Shown here piece after piece: positions 53,001 through 64,000 of a DNA stretch of 64,000 nucleotides. The position numbers and the translations under genes were made by a program. Every line of letters starts with the position of its first letter. Within the stretch, counting starts at the first letter, position 1. Source of the stretch: Ylistrum balloti. Its lineage: Eukaryota. Under the pieces are notes generated by a model. It ran no database searches. It had not been told where the DNA came from and was given only the letters and a program-made list of their open reading frames with translations. The stretch spans positions 620,001 through 684,000 of the forward strand of contig NW_026782707.1 in NCBI RefSeq assembly GCF_031769215.1, in the 5' to 3' direction.

Positions 53001-56000
53001 ATCCGTAAGGGGAGTGTATAGCCCTTGTAACAGTCATGGAATCAGGAAGAGTTCACATCCATAAGGGAAGTGTATAGCCCTTGTAAAAGCCATGGAAACA
53101 GGTAGAGTTCACATCCATAAGGGAAGTGTATAGCCCTTGTAAAAGACATGCAAACAGGTAGAGTTCACATCCGTAAGGGAAGTGTATAGCCCTTGTAAAT
53201 GTCATGGAAACAGGTAGAGTTCACATCCATAAGGGAAGTGTATAGCCCTTGTAAAAGACATGCAAACAGGTAGAGTTCACATCCGTAAGGGGAGTGTATA
53301 GCCCTTGTAAATGTCATGGAAACGGGTAGAGTTCACATCCGTAAGGGAAGTGTATAGCCCTTGTAACAGTCATGGAAACGGGTAGAGTTAACATTCGTAA
53401 GGGAAGTGTATAGCCCTTGTAAAAGACATGCAAACAGGTAGAGTTCACATCCGTAAGGGAAGTGTATAGCCCTTGTAAATGTCATGGAAACGGGTAGAGT
53501 TCACATCCGTAAGGGAAGTGTATAGCCCTTGTAACAGTCATGGAAACGGGTAGAGTTCACATCCGTAAGGGAAGTGTATAGCCCTTGTAAAAGACATGCA
53601 AACAGGTAGAGTTCACATCCGTAAGGGAAGTGTATAGCCCTTGTAACAGTCATGGAATCAGGTAGAGTTCACATCCCGTAAGGTGAGTGTATAGCCCTTG
53701 TGAAAACTAGGTTTTCCTACCATTTCGGTTAGAAAATGTCTGTTAAACTCAATCGTTAATGCAATTCTTTAAGACTCCTTTGATATGTAGGGGTGTAGGG
53801 TATTGATATCTCACCCAAGAGGGGTAACAAAATGATGTAAAGCCTGAGGCTTTGCTGAAGGTTTTGCCACATTTTGCGACCTCGAAAAATCCCATCCTAC
53901 GACCCGAAATATGAAAGGGTATTTTAATGCTATTTCTCATTATGATATAGTGGAAACATCTTCGATCATGCACTACAAAGGACACTATATCATACAAAGG
54001 ACACTATATTATACCAAGGACACAGGACACTATATTATACAAAGGACACTATATTATACAAAGGACGCCATATTACAAAACAAAACAAAGTATTTAGATA
54101 CCTGTAGAATTGAGAAACACATAGTACGCTTTTTGACGAAGAAAACCTTTCATTGATAATTCCTTAATTCATTCTGAGTTAACTGAAGTCCATTTACCCC
54201 AAATGTAGTACGTGGAGTCATCACAAAATTAGTTCTGTTTAATTACCATCTCGTATACAAATTACCCTGCAACAAACTTACATCCCATTGCTGACATATC
54301 TGCATGCATCTTAAACGCGTCATAAGCGCTCGATACATCAACTGTATTTCTGAAAGAAAAAAGATGTTTGATTACATGAAATTAAATTGAGTTTTTGAGT
54401 CAGGCATACTTAAACGATTTGACAATATAGCAACCATATAGTCCAGTCATTTTATAGTTTAACATCAAACTAATTGCAACAGATTTTGTTTTCGTTTTAT
54501 TTATTTTTTTCATAAAGATTGGTATATATATTGTAACAGGAAAAAGTCTCGTCTCCCAAAATCAACCTTCAGCATTTTCACTGGACCAACTTTGAAGTTT
54601 AATTCCAATATCTTGTGTAACATTGAACAGGAGAAATTAATTGTACTGCAAATCGATATTCAATACAGGTAAGCTTCAAAATTCAATAGAAATACTGCAA
54701 TGAAAAATACGAAATCACTAGTATTACTTTAAAACATTGAAACGCCTACCATTCTAGCTTTTGTTGAATTTGTAAGACAAAGTAGTAAATCATTTAACAT
54801 CAATATAGATACAAATGAAATACCATACGTATATTTAAAAAACGAGGATTTTACTTTCACATAATAGGATTTACGACTGTTTTAAGTTAATCTGTGAGGC
54901 TGATTACGCGCTGTCCAAATTTTACAATAATTAAGTTTATGTATGTAAGATTTAAGAAATATCATCAGGTAATGCTGAAAAGTGCGTTACATTATTTTCC
55001 ATGAAAGTTATCTTCAGCAGAAATGCTATCTTGGTTAAGATATCTGCTTATAATGAATGACGTCATGTTCATAAAAAAAAATTTAATAAAAACGTCTCTT
55101 TCCTTCAACAGTATACAATAGGGGTATCAATAATGAAGGTTTAACTTTATATCATAAAAACATTCCTTATATGATTGCTTTACTGTCTACATCTTCTTTA
55201 GGACGAAACCTGTTTAAAATATCACGTTTTCTGTTGATCAGAATTGTTTTTAGCGCTGAAACAATATTGCATGAAATGAGTTTTCGCCATTAAAACTTGG
55301 ACGCATTTGTAAATTCATTATTTCAACATTTCCTGCACATATACAAATGGATACAAAAGAATGGTAAGCATTGGACTGTCTTTTTTCGTATAACAGCTTG
55401 CAGAAATAGGTTTATTTTCTATTCAATTTGGACTTATAATAATACCAATTGACCAAATTCGGTGAATAATACCCGATAAACTCGGAGGTATGGTGCGACT
55501 AATTTCTGTATCATATGTAGTAAGTGAATGTTTATGTACCATTGATCATGTATCAATATTTGATAACATGTAATGTTTTATGAAGTTAGATATGAAATCA
55601 CATTATAACTGAGATTAAGAATCAGTATTTTCTACATTTAAATTCGATACAAGTTAACGTAAAGAGTGACATTTTAAAGGAAAAACACATAAACATAAAC
55701 TCCATCCCACCATTGATAAATTGTTGTAGATCATCATTTTAATTGATGTTTTTGAGTATGCTTTGGCATCATTTGCAAATAAAATTATAATATAATCAAT
55801 AATTTTTGTTATATAATTCATCATGGGTTAAATACATATGATGGTTACATATAAAAATGGAAAAAAATGCCATCAAGTCATTCTATTTTTTGACGGACCA
55901 TAGAATACACCCATACCAGAACTCCTCCAACAGCCAAATACAACAAGACAGTGCACCAAACAGACTATTGGCATTCCATACATATGACAACTAACTGCGC

Positions 56001-59000
56001 CCCTCTGTTTGTTGACTTGTTTTGGTTTTTATAAGAGGCTGAATTTATCGAAGAGCTTATCAAAACCTGTCAAAAAGTCGTTTCATTTTACTGTTAGATA
56101 TATTGATGTCTTTTAATATCAAGAAATTTATTGATCACGTTAATCGTATATACCCACCAGAATTAAAAATCAAGGACCCGACAGACTCTACTACATCAGC
56201 TGCTTATCTCGATGTTTTTCCTACAACGAAACCATGTGGACAACTTTCCACCAAGCTGTATGACAAGCGCAATGATTTCATTTTCCTGATTGTGAATTTT
56301 CCTTTTCTGGATAACAACTTACCTGCATCCCCAACCTATAATGTTACATATAACAATTGATTCGATATTCTGTTCCCATTATCACGATTTTCGAGCAAGA
56401 ATTCGACAACTGACCGACAGCCTCGTAAAAGTTTCAAAAGATGCAGTTTTACGGTCATCATAGTAATCTCATTGAGAAATATTTTTTCTTTGTGTGAACT
56501 GATGCTTGTGTTAGATGCTCGTTAATTTGCTTGTTGTTATATATCTTTCTTTTTTATTTGAGAAGGTGACATTACTTTCTTGGGATTTTCATGGTGTCGT
56601 CGATGAGGCAGAAAAAGCTTACTTTAAATGAGAACTCAACGCAAAAGGCACCGCTAGAGTGATAGGATAAGTGGACAAAGTTTCAGGTAGTTTTATTGAA
56701 CGCTATTGACACTTGACTCCCAAAACGATAAAATCTGTAGTATTTCCTGATTCCATGGAAGCAAAAACAAAATTTTGTTTAATTATCCGTAGCAAGAGGC
56801 ACTACCAGAACGCTTCATAGTTTCCGGTTGTTATCCTGAATGGTTTTGAAGTTGTGCTAATATGCCGTTTCCATGGTAACGGAAAAGGCATTTGAATGAA
56901 GAACTTCTCCATAAAAAATGAACTACTCGAGTACTTGGTTGATAATTGTGAAAAATTTGAGTAGTTATCTTGTGCGGAATCAGAGCTCTAGTCCAGAAAA
57001 GTTGAAACATGTAAATTTGCTAAATGGAGAATTTCTTCCTAGCAAAAGGTGCTCCAGAAAATGTCCATACATGCGCGGGTAAACGCGCGGAACCCAATTT
57101 AAACCCCCTCCCCCCACCGCCTTCCCTACTCCCACCCTTATCCAACCCCAACAACAGTTTCAAGGGGGATATAAAATGCAAATATTGTCAGCTTCAAATA
57201 GTCTTTACGTTACCTTGATGTTTCAAGATGTTTTTCAATACAGCACATCTGCTCTAACATTTTGATATTTGCTAAGCTTCAGCTGGTCGTAGTACAGTAA
57301 TATATTACACTAAAAAAAGAGGCACGATATGTGATTTTTCCTTACTTTCTCATTCCTATAGAATGTGTTTTTTAAAGTTAGATTTCAAACGACAATTTCC
57401 TTTATAATACTGATAATCCCTTTCCAAAAACCAAAAAATAACTGCTGCAATTAGTTTGTGGTTATTAATATTTCAAGGAAAATGAATGGACTAAGAGTGG
57501 CTTATGAAAACGTACTCTAATTACAGACGGAGTAAGAAGTACCCCAAAAATCCAGAAAACATTATATATACACAAATATACAGAATCTTATGTCACTAGT
57601 TCGTCTTTGTGAATATCTTTACAGCAAATATGTAAACCAGCATGTTTTCAGCAAGATGGAAAATCTTACCCAAAGGATTCGAAAGTCGCTCCTCCAAGGC
57701 TGGTAGTGGTCGAAGCCTCCTTTCTAGGACTACTTGGAATACTCAATCTAATGTTGCTATCCATCAAATAACATGCTGGGCCACCACGTAAAACGACTTC
57801 ATTACGTATAACCTTTAATCTGTTATCATTTCTGGGGCTCGTCTTCCGATATCTGAAGCCGAGATCGGAGCATTTCATCTTCCTCCGTCTGGATCTAGGC
57901 CGTGATGATGTTTCCTCACCACTTACGTGTTGGTCCAATTTTAACGATGGTGAACTCCTTTTCACACTTAATCCTCGCTTTCTTTTTGACCTTAATTGTT
58001 GATTCACGTGATCAACACCGAGTCCATTCTCTCCAAGAACGCGCTCTTTTGTTTCTAAGAGCACATCGGTACTTAGATCAGAACTCGTGGCATTGTTCCG
58101 TGGTACTCCGTCTGTACCATTGCTCTTGATTGTTTGGGATGAAGAAAAGACAGTTTGGTGTTTCGTTGTGTCTACTTCTGCAAGTGGATCTACTTCAATT
58201 CTGTCTTCGAGAACACAGCCTGATCCAGATTGATGTGGAGAGCTCGTGTCTCTGCGTTCTCCGTTGATATTCGTGGATGTATTTGACTCTGTAGTAAATC
58301 TATCTCCTTTATCTCTGGAGCTAATATGTAGATTTGAGTCCATGTTATGTGTCCTTTGGTCGTGGCTTTCGCTCCTTTGTATCTGTCCCTTAAGCTGTAG
58401 GTTACCTTCACTATGTTCGTTTTCTACTCTATTCATTTCCTGTTGATCCACTTCATTGGTCAAACCGTGTCGATCTGCTTCATTCGTCGCTCTGGTCTGA
58501 TGACGATGGCGTTTATTTCTATTTCCGTTCATTACATTCCCCTGTAAGGACTTCGTTTCAAATGACTTACAAAGTTCGTTTAGTTTGTTAAGGGCATCAG
58601 TAAGCTTTTCCTCCAATAGTTCCATTTCATTATCGCCGTCTGTAATCCGGTCTTCCAAACGTGTGAAATTACAACTGGTTTCTAAACAAATAACACCATA
58701 CAAGTTAGTACGCTTCTGTTACAACTAATGTTTCCCTGGTCTGTTCACTGCATGAATTATTTTGGTAACGGTAGGAAAAAAAACAAATAAAATAGAAATT
58801 GCTGGTATATTGGACAATTGGACAATTTCAATCTTTTAATATAGCTGTAATACACGGACATTTTATACATACCTTTTAATATTACTGAATATTCCGTTGG
58901 GTTGAAATATGTTGTACAAAGCTTAAACATTTCATTTAACAGTTACTGCGTTTTGCAATTCATCTTTGAAATTGAAACTGGTAAGTCACTTTCAGCAATG

Positions 59001-60674
59001 AACTTCTAAGATGAAATTTACAAATTAAGAAATCTGCTTCTGTCTTACATACTGAATTCACCATTCAAAAACTTAATTTCTTCCTGTTAATATCACCTTA
59101 TAAAAATAATGGATTATATCATAGTTAACAACTCATCGTATTTTTACCTTGTTTAACTTATAACTCATTAAGAAAAGAGAATCATTTGCCTTTTGTTGTT
59201 TCTGTAAACTAAACATAAAAAACCGCTTTATCAAAATATGAAAACCTACCAGTAATCCTTTGCTGAAGGGCTTCGCAGCTTGCGCTACAACATATGTTGG
59301 TAATCATTATGTGTAATGATCTGGCAAACCAGCTTCAAGTCACAATCATACAACAGATTGTAAATTCTTAATACTTTACATTGATTATTGTCTTGCCTCA
59401 CACAAATAATAATTTTTAATACATTTTTATTGAAACAAATCTCAATTATTTTGATAAGTAGCAGAGAGAATGAATAACAGCTTATCTATTAATCAGAAAA
59501 GTCATGTTTGAATATTTTAATTCTATTACAATCTTTCGCCTTTTACAATCATGACGACGTCTCAAAAATATACGCTAATGAACAGGTTCAAATGATGTTT
59601 GACATTATTATAAGTATCGTATGTAATTACCTATCGTCATGTCTAATGCGGTGTAGGAAAGTCTCATTCTGTTTCTGCAAGGCGCTGGACTCCTTGAGAA
59701 CATCCTGAAACTGGGAAAAGAATTAAGGGCATGAAGCATCTAGTTTCACATATCATACCATAAAAGTAAGCCCAATACGATATATCGTAAAACTAGTATT
59801 ACATAATTGTAATAACAAAAAACACCAGCATTGCATTTTATGAAGAAAAAGACACCACTGCAGCGAGTCATTTTGTTACGTAAAGAGGTTGCTAAAATAA
59901 AGTTAAATGCTAGTTTTGTATTCCTTATATTAGCCTTTGTATGTGCTAAATTAATGTTACATTCTGTGATAGAACTAAAACCATTAATTTACTCTTTGCA
60001 TTTAAATAAAGACTCACACGTTGGAGTAGTGGGCCAAGCTCCACTTCAGTAATACATACTAGAGATGATGACTGGTCTGTGACGTTTGTGCCGGATGCAT
60101 CAGATATAAGGTCTCTAGACGACGTTGGACCATTGATGTTAGGAATGCCTTGTAACAAGCTAGAATCTGAATTTACGAATCCAACACCATCAAACTCAAA
60201 CTTGCCATTTGAACTGGAATTTAACTCAGTAACGCTCAAGTCTAACACATGTGCAAAATCCTCTTTGGGTCTTGCGCCTTGTTTAGAAAAATCTCTTCCT
60301 GAAGTGACTTTTTTAGCACTTTCCTGAGTAGAAGGGTTTGAACATGATATGTTCGCCTCTCGCCTGTGTTGTGTAGATATAGAGGGCTGGTGAATCGGAA
60401 CGTTGCTCTCTGTTAGTGGCTGTTCTAGATCTGTGTTACTTGGAAATGTCGAGATACTTTCAGTCTGACTCTTAGAGACTTGGTACAAAGAAGCCGAGCC
60501 TCTGTCTGAAATATGATTACCCTGGGCGGACGACCGACGTTTGTGTAACCAGGGGATATTTGGCACTGTATCATTATGTAAACTGTCGTTTGATGCTGTC
60601 TCTTCGTTCACTTTTTCACCGGTTTTCTTGTTTAGTAGAGGAATATTGGGTTCATTATCAAGTGGATCTCCCAT
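36626..60674 (-). CDS. Gene C: low-complexity/coiled-coil - VWA - MIB/HERC2 x2 - WWE protein (~1244 aa, 20 coding exons)
   Basis: Manual exon chain, all GT-AG and phase-consistent, 3735 nt with no internal stop found: 60674-60018, 59704-59631, 59320-59250, 58681-57670, 54349-54282, 50828-50748, 50523-50401, 49990-49868, 49738-49664, 49283-49156, 48551-48465, 48253-48164, 47818-47711, 47546-47354, 46848-46708, 40498-40413, 40236-40166, 39913-39642, 39058-38878, 36719-36626 (TAA). Exon sizes 123/123/87/90/141/86/71 match genes A and B. Exons 1, 3, 5 and the terminal stop are the least certain. Confidence 0.82.
37005..37445 (+). ncRNA. Tandem array of 10 x 45-bp minimal hammerhead ribozyme (HHR) motifs
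   Basis: Unit CTGACGA-GTCC-TAGAA-GGAC-GAAA-C-AGCT-GTA-AGCTGTAACATCA starts at 37005, 37050, 37095, 37140, 37185, 37230, 37275, 37320, 37365 and 37410. It contains the HHR core CUGANGA / stem II / GAAA / NUH. Helix I pairing is imperfect, so activity is unproven. Confidence 0.75.
37520..37855. repeat. 22-bp minisatellite, ~15 copies
   Basis: Unit TACTGGGTTATTATGTCCTAAG; last intron of gene C. Confidence 0.9.
38213..38926. repeat. 63-bp minisatellite, ~11 copies, built from the WWE exon end plus its splice donor
   Basis: Sense-strand unit = 49 nt of exon 19 (ATATCAAACG...GGTGTAGG) + GTAAGGACATTGGT. Confidence 0.95.
40166..47546 (-). CDS. Two MIB/HERC2 domains, gene C
   Basis: IGTRVRRGPSWKWKNQDTEGPGTV...IWIEWDNG; then TGYLVKRGTDWTFADQDGGEGKIGVV...VRWPCGNTGSYKYGAEGRFDI. 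Confidence 0.9.
43705..43788. repeat. (CT)n microsatellite, ~42 units
   Basis: Perfect CT run 56 bp after the LINE ORF2 stop. Confidence 0.98.
44006..44070. repeat. (GAT)n microsatellite
   Basis: Interrupted GAT run in the LINE 3' region. Confidence 0.95.
44266..45940. repeat. Minisatellite of interleaved 46-bp and 31-bp units
   Basis: 31-bp core AATGAAATACACAACCTATCACACCTCCATT, with or without a 15-bp insert ACCTGCCAGCTTTAT. Confidence 0.93.
46150..46735. repeat. 39-bp (some 41-bp) minisatellite, ~15 copies, built from the exon 15 end plus its splice donor (gene C)
   Basis: Sense-strand unit GGTTATCTGGTCAAA(C/G)GAG|G(T/C)A(A/T)GTTATATATAGCTGTC. Confidence 0.93.
48164..50523 (-). CDS. VWA domain exons of gene C
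   Basis: GPDTVLLLDTSESM, NIAITVIG, GPSPFSAGL, VILISDG, RVFCVPVG, FEDICRMTKGRIY. Confidence 0.85.
48955..49105. repeat. Short degenerate ~43-bp tandem repeat (3-4 copies)
   Basis: Recurrent CACGTGATCTAACCCCACAAGTATC; intron 10 of gene C. Confidence 0.7.
51118..53702. repeat. 56-bp minisatellite, ~46 copies
   Basis: Unit GGGAAGTGTATAGCCCTTGTAAAAGACATGCAAACAGGTAGAGTTCACATCCGTAA, with occasional short deleted units; intron 5 of gene C. Confidence 0.97.
55960..56400 (+). mobile_element. Penelope-like reverse transcriptase fragment (degenerate)
   Basis: Across frameshifts: QTIGIP..TNCAPL.VDL, RYID, IYPPELKIKD.TDS..SAAYLD, LSTKLYDKRNDF.F.IVNFPFL..NLPASP. This is the C-terminal RT/thumb region typical of Penelope-like RTs in molluscs. 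It lies in intron 4 of gene C. Confidence 0.75.
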
Positions 60675-62906
60675 AGTCTGAAACAATTAGTCGCTATAAT
60701 ACTGGATATATTAATTGCTGATTGGGTGACAAGGAGTAGAGAGGATTGATGAAAGGCCGATATTTGATTTAAAATTTCGACATGATTATCGATGTCTAAA
60801 TATGTTTAATGTGGTTTGCGTATGTTATGCTTGCTTACGTCGTGCATAATAATATTATAAAGAGTGTATAATCATCAGCGACTGAATGTTTGAACACAGG
60901 CCAGTGTATGCGAGATAAGGACGTTCATGGAGAGAAACAACTATCCATGTCATAGTTGTATTGTAAGTTAGATTGTACAAAAGACACAGAAGTGAAAAGT
61001 ATCTTTAAACACAAATTAAGAAATAAAGACAGTAGAGGCAAATAATGATTTAAACTGCATTTTACACCTATTTTGTCTTTCTACGATTCTTCAGTGATGC
61101 GAAAGGCCTACATTGTGAAACCTGGGAGGCGACTGTAGACAATCCAAAGTGATCAAAAGAAAAGCCAAAATGACGATGGGGAGGTGCACAAGCACATTTG
61201 TACTTATAAACAAAAGTAGAAGATCGTTAAAGGAATCATGGTACAGTTGTATGTTTGCCAGGTATATGTGAAGATTCCATGTATGCACGCGAGCATGTGC
61301 CCTTGTCAATGAAGTGTTTGTACAGTGTAACGTTTGTATGCACGATTAAATAAATGACAGAGTGAACTATCTATCTTCAGGAGAAAGATATTTATAATGT
61401 TAATATGCGTTTGTTAATAAAATGTTTGCTCCTGGAAGAAGGAGTCTGCACTCAGTCTTCAAAATGGGATCAGCGTTCGAAATTTCAATGCCAAGTACAT
61501 TAAGTAATTAATAATTATGCACCCTTGCTACCCCTGAATTTACTACAAATTATACTTTACATCTCCTACACTGAAAGTTATCCAGCGTACAAAATAAACA
61601 GTACTAACCTCAAAAATTCTACTTTTGTCTTTTTGCATCACAAAAGAAAAGGTCCGAAGGGCTTCATCTCTTCGCCTATCTAAATAACCACTGCGGGACA
61701 TTATCCAGAGCACCATAACCCAGTGTAAAGAGAAATAATCGTTCTCAAATAAACACTGACTGATTAGGCGAGATTAATAACGAGATCTCCTGTGACAGTG
61801 TGCAGCGAAACCACTTGACAGCGCTCTCTTGACTCACGCAGACGTGTTCACTAAGCGTGAGCAGTATCGCAGTATCATTTGTTATTTAGGAGCTGGGAGC
61901 AACCGTAGAGGTTCATGTGTGAATGTTGACACGGGATATTTATACAATACAGACACATCGTAATTATTGCCTTGTGATCTGACCTACTGATTACATCCTA
62001 GAAACATTAGGTTGAACTGCAAACATGCTTACCTTGTCGACTTAATTTGATTTAATTTTTTTAAAATTGTTGAAGGAAGGACAACTACTCACTATTCAAG
62101 ACGAGCTAAGAAGTGAAAATATCTCAGATTTCTCAGGTATCTTAAATATTTCAACTTCATATCCAAAACAGTAAAAGACGACCTCTTGGAACTATGTTTA
62201 AACATAATATCCCACGTAATTATCTAATCACTTTAAGTCAAGCACTTAAAACTGAATGTGAAAGTAAATGGAAACTACACATTCATAACTTCACTGGGCC
62301 TACTCAACGAAATCATGTATACCTGTACAAGTATATAACGTATCTCATGCGACACCGTTCCATGAAAATAATTTGCACACATGAATATTATATTTGAAAT
62401 GTATCTATTGTATTAAAAACAAATCTTCTGCATATATTCATCTTGTTACTCAGAAGTATGATACGTTTGAAGTCTGCGTTTGTTATCCCATTATCGCCGT
62501 GGAAATCGTGAATCAATAAAAGTTAAATAGATTTTCAGCCAAGATATCGCCATACAGCGAAATAACAAAAGCGAAAGTAGACACAAATATTACATTCTGT
62601 TAAACATGAAACGAATTTCCCGGATATAAATCACTGAAAGTCATTTAAACAGCTTATGGAATTCAGAAGATATGAACATCACATGCTCTAAGTTATACTA
62701 CACCAGCTCGAGTTAAAGATGTGTATCACAGTACGTCCGTGTACGGGTCAGCATGGCTGTTATGTATATGACGTGTCACAAGATTTTATTTCAAAGCGTT
62801 ATGCCATTTGATCACCAAATATATTTCATACTGTCACCGTTTTACAGTTCTGATCCTAACTGTCTAAATATATTGGTGTTTATGAAAGTATAGACAAAAC
62901 AACTCA

Positions 62907-62953
62907 CCCTCGTCGTACTTGTAATTTGCTTTCATTTTCCACTGAAAATTCCC
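62907..62953 (-). promoter_or_regulatory. Candidate ISRE and kB-like sites next to a putative non-coding first exon of gene C
   Basis: On the minus strand, GGGAATTTTC (62953-62944) is followed by GGAAAATGAAAGC (62940-62928) and then a strong donor GG|GTGAGT at 62907. Confidence 0.3.
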
Positions 62954-63424
62954 AATGCTATTTTAAGTCTGTCATTCGGAATCTAGGTTTTGTTCCGAAT
63001 GATATATCGGCGCGTTCGATTCGATAGCCGGGAAAAAAGTTCCGACTTACACACTGTCTATTGAACAGGTTGATGATATAAAAAATATAACTATTCCCAG
63101 TAAGTTACATAGATGTGAAGCCTTGCTTGAATTATATTTTGATTAAGAAATTGATATTTAGTAATAGATTAAGTCAATTTAAGGTTCGTGAAGCGCGTTA
63201 AGTTACCGACGGAATAGTTTGATATATAAGAAACCTAGTATCTATTTTCAATTTCTTTGGGTAAATATGTAGATTACAGGTTTCAGAGAAAGCGTAAACT
63301 TGATGTTTTACATTCAACACGAATTAAACGTATGATCTCCGAGGTTTTTAAGATTTCTAATGTTACTTTACCTTCTATTTCACAAATTTTTGTTGAAATA
63401 AAAGAACTTTTTTAGAATCTTAGA

Positions 63425-63545
63425 TAAGATAAGCAGGTGAAGATTCCAAGGATGAACATCTCTACATATGGGAAGAGATGTTATCGTTTTATGGCTGCCC
63501 AGGTGTGGAGGTGTGGAACAGCCCTACAAATGATCTGCTGTTAGA
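63425..63545 (+). mobile_element. 3' remnant of a LINE ORF2 (CR1/L2-like C-terminus)
   Basis: Translation KIPRMNISTYGKRCYRFMAAQVW..VWNS resembles the P...T..YG.RSF.Y.AA..WNSLP terminal motif. Confidence 0.45.
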
Positions 63546-63721
63546 TGTAAACTATGGGTCTTATCGTCGACTGGCACGCCCAGGTCTACTCCTGTTCTTT
63601 CTACATACACTACATAGTGAGAGTTGTCCCCTCTTGAACCAACCTTGCCAGATCAGCGCGTTGTTAAAGCTATCGCTTTATGATGTCGAGTTTGTCTGGC
63701 TACGATACCTTCTTTTGATAC

Positions 63722-64000
63722 ACAATACATTTGTGTATATCCTGTCAATATATGTACACTCCGATACTACATTTGCCCTGTCAATTTATGTACACTCCGA
63801 TACTACATTTGTGTATATCCTGTCAATTTATGTACACTCCGATACTACATTTGTGTATATCCTGTCAATATATGTACACTCCGATACTACATTTGTGTAT
63901 ATCCTGTCAATATATGTACACTCCGATACTACATTTGCCCTGTCAATATATGTACACTCCGATACTACATTTGCCCTGTCAATATATGTACACTCCGATA
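63722..64000. repeat. 42/38-bp minisatellite (runs off the window)
   Basis: Unit TACACTCCGATACTACATTTGTGTATATCCTGTCAATATATG and a 4-nt shorter variant. Confidence 0.92.

Noticed and set aside
50988-53037. Several FTRAIHFPYGCELYLF-type ORFs
   Set aside because: Translations of the 56-bp minisatellite, broken by frameshifts.
53749-53997. 82-aa minus-strand ORF as a candidate gene C exon
   Set aside because: No splice-site pair gives the required phase. Exon 5 at 54349-54282 already bridges phase 2 to 1.
59150-59205. Possible extra exon of gene C (KQQKANDSLFLMSYKLNK)
   Set aside because: It is open only in phase 0-0, whereas the flanking exons join in phase 1, and genes A and B have no counterpart.
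1-64000. CRISPR-like interpretation of the many regular arrays
   Set aside because: The units are head-to-tail with no unique spacers, there are no cas genes, and the context is spliced eukaryotic genes.

Overview
AT-rich eukaryotic DNA, inferred to be a bivalve mollusc (oyster-like) from its repeat landscape. It contains a head-to-tail cluster of three paralogous spliced genes on the minus strand, which I reconstructed by hand from GT-AG junctions and exon phases. Gene C (60674->36626) has 20 coding exons and about 1244 aa. Gene B (29041->18126) has 18 exons and about 747 aa. Gene A (12853->1061) has 15 exons and continues past the left edge. All three encode coiled coil / low-complexity region - von Willebrand A (VWA) domain - MIB/HERC2 domains (two in B and C; the second is cut off by the window edge in A). 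Gene C adds a C-terminal WWE domain. No RING, HECT or PARP catalytic domain is visible. Roughly a fifth to a quarter of the window is minisatellite, and three of these repeats are amplified exon-end/5' splice-donor junctions of the genes themselves. Mobile DNA includes a 5'-truncated L1/Tx1-type LINE, Penelope-like RT and GIY-YIG fragments, a probable Helentron-type non-autonomous element and a LINE 3' remnant. The most striking element is a ten-copy 45-bp array at 37005-37445 whose unit is essentially a bare minimal hammerhead ribozyme core, lying antisense in the last intron of gene C. Most long ORFs in the supplied track that fall in tandem arrays are artefacts. All domain calls are by eye from motifs; no searches were run.
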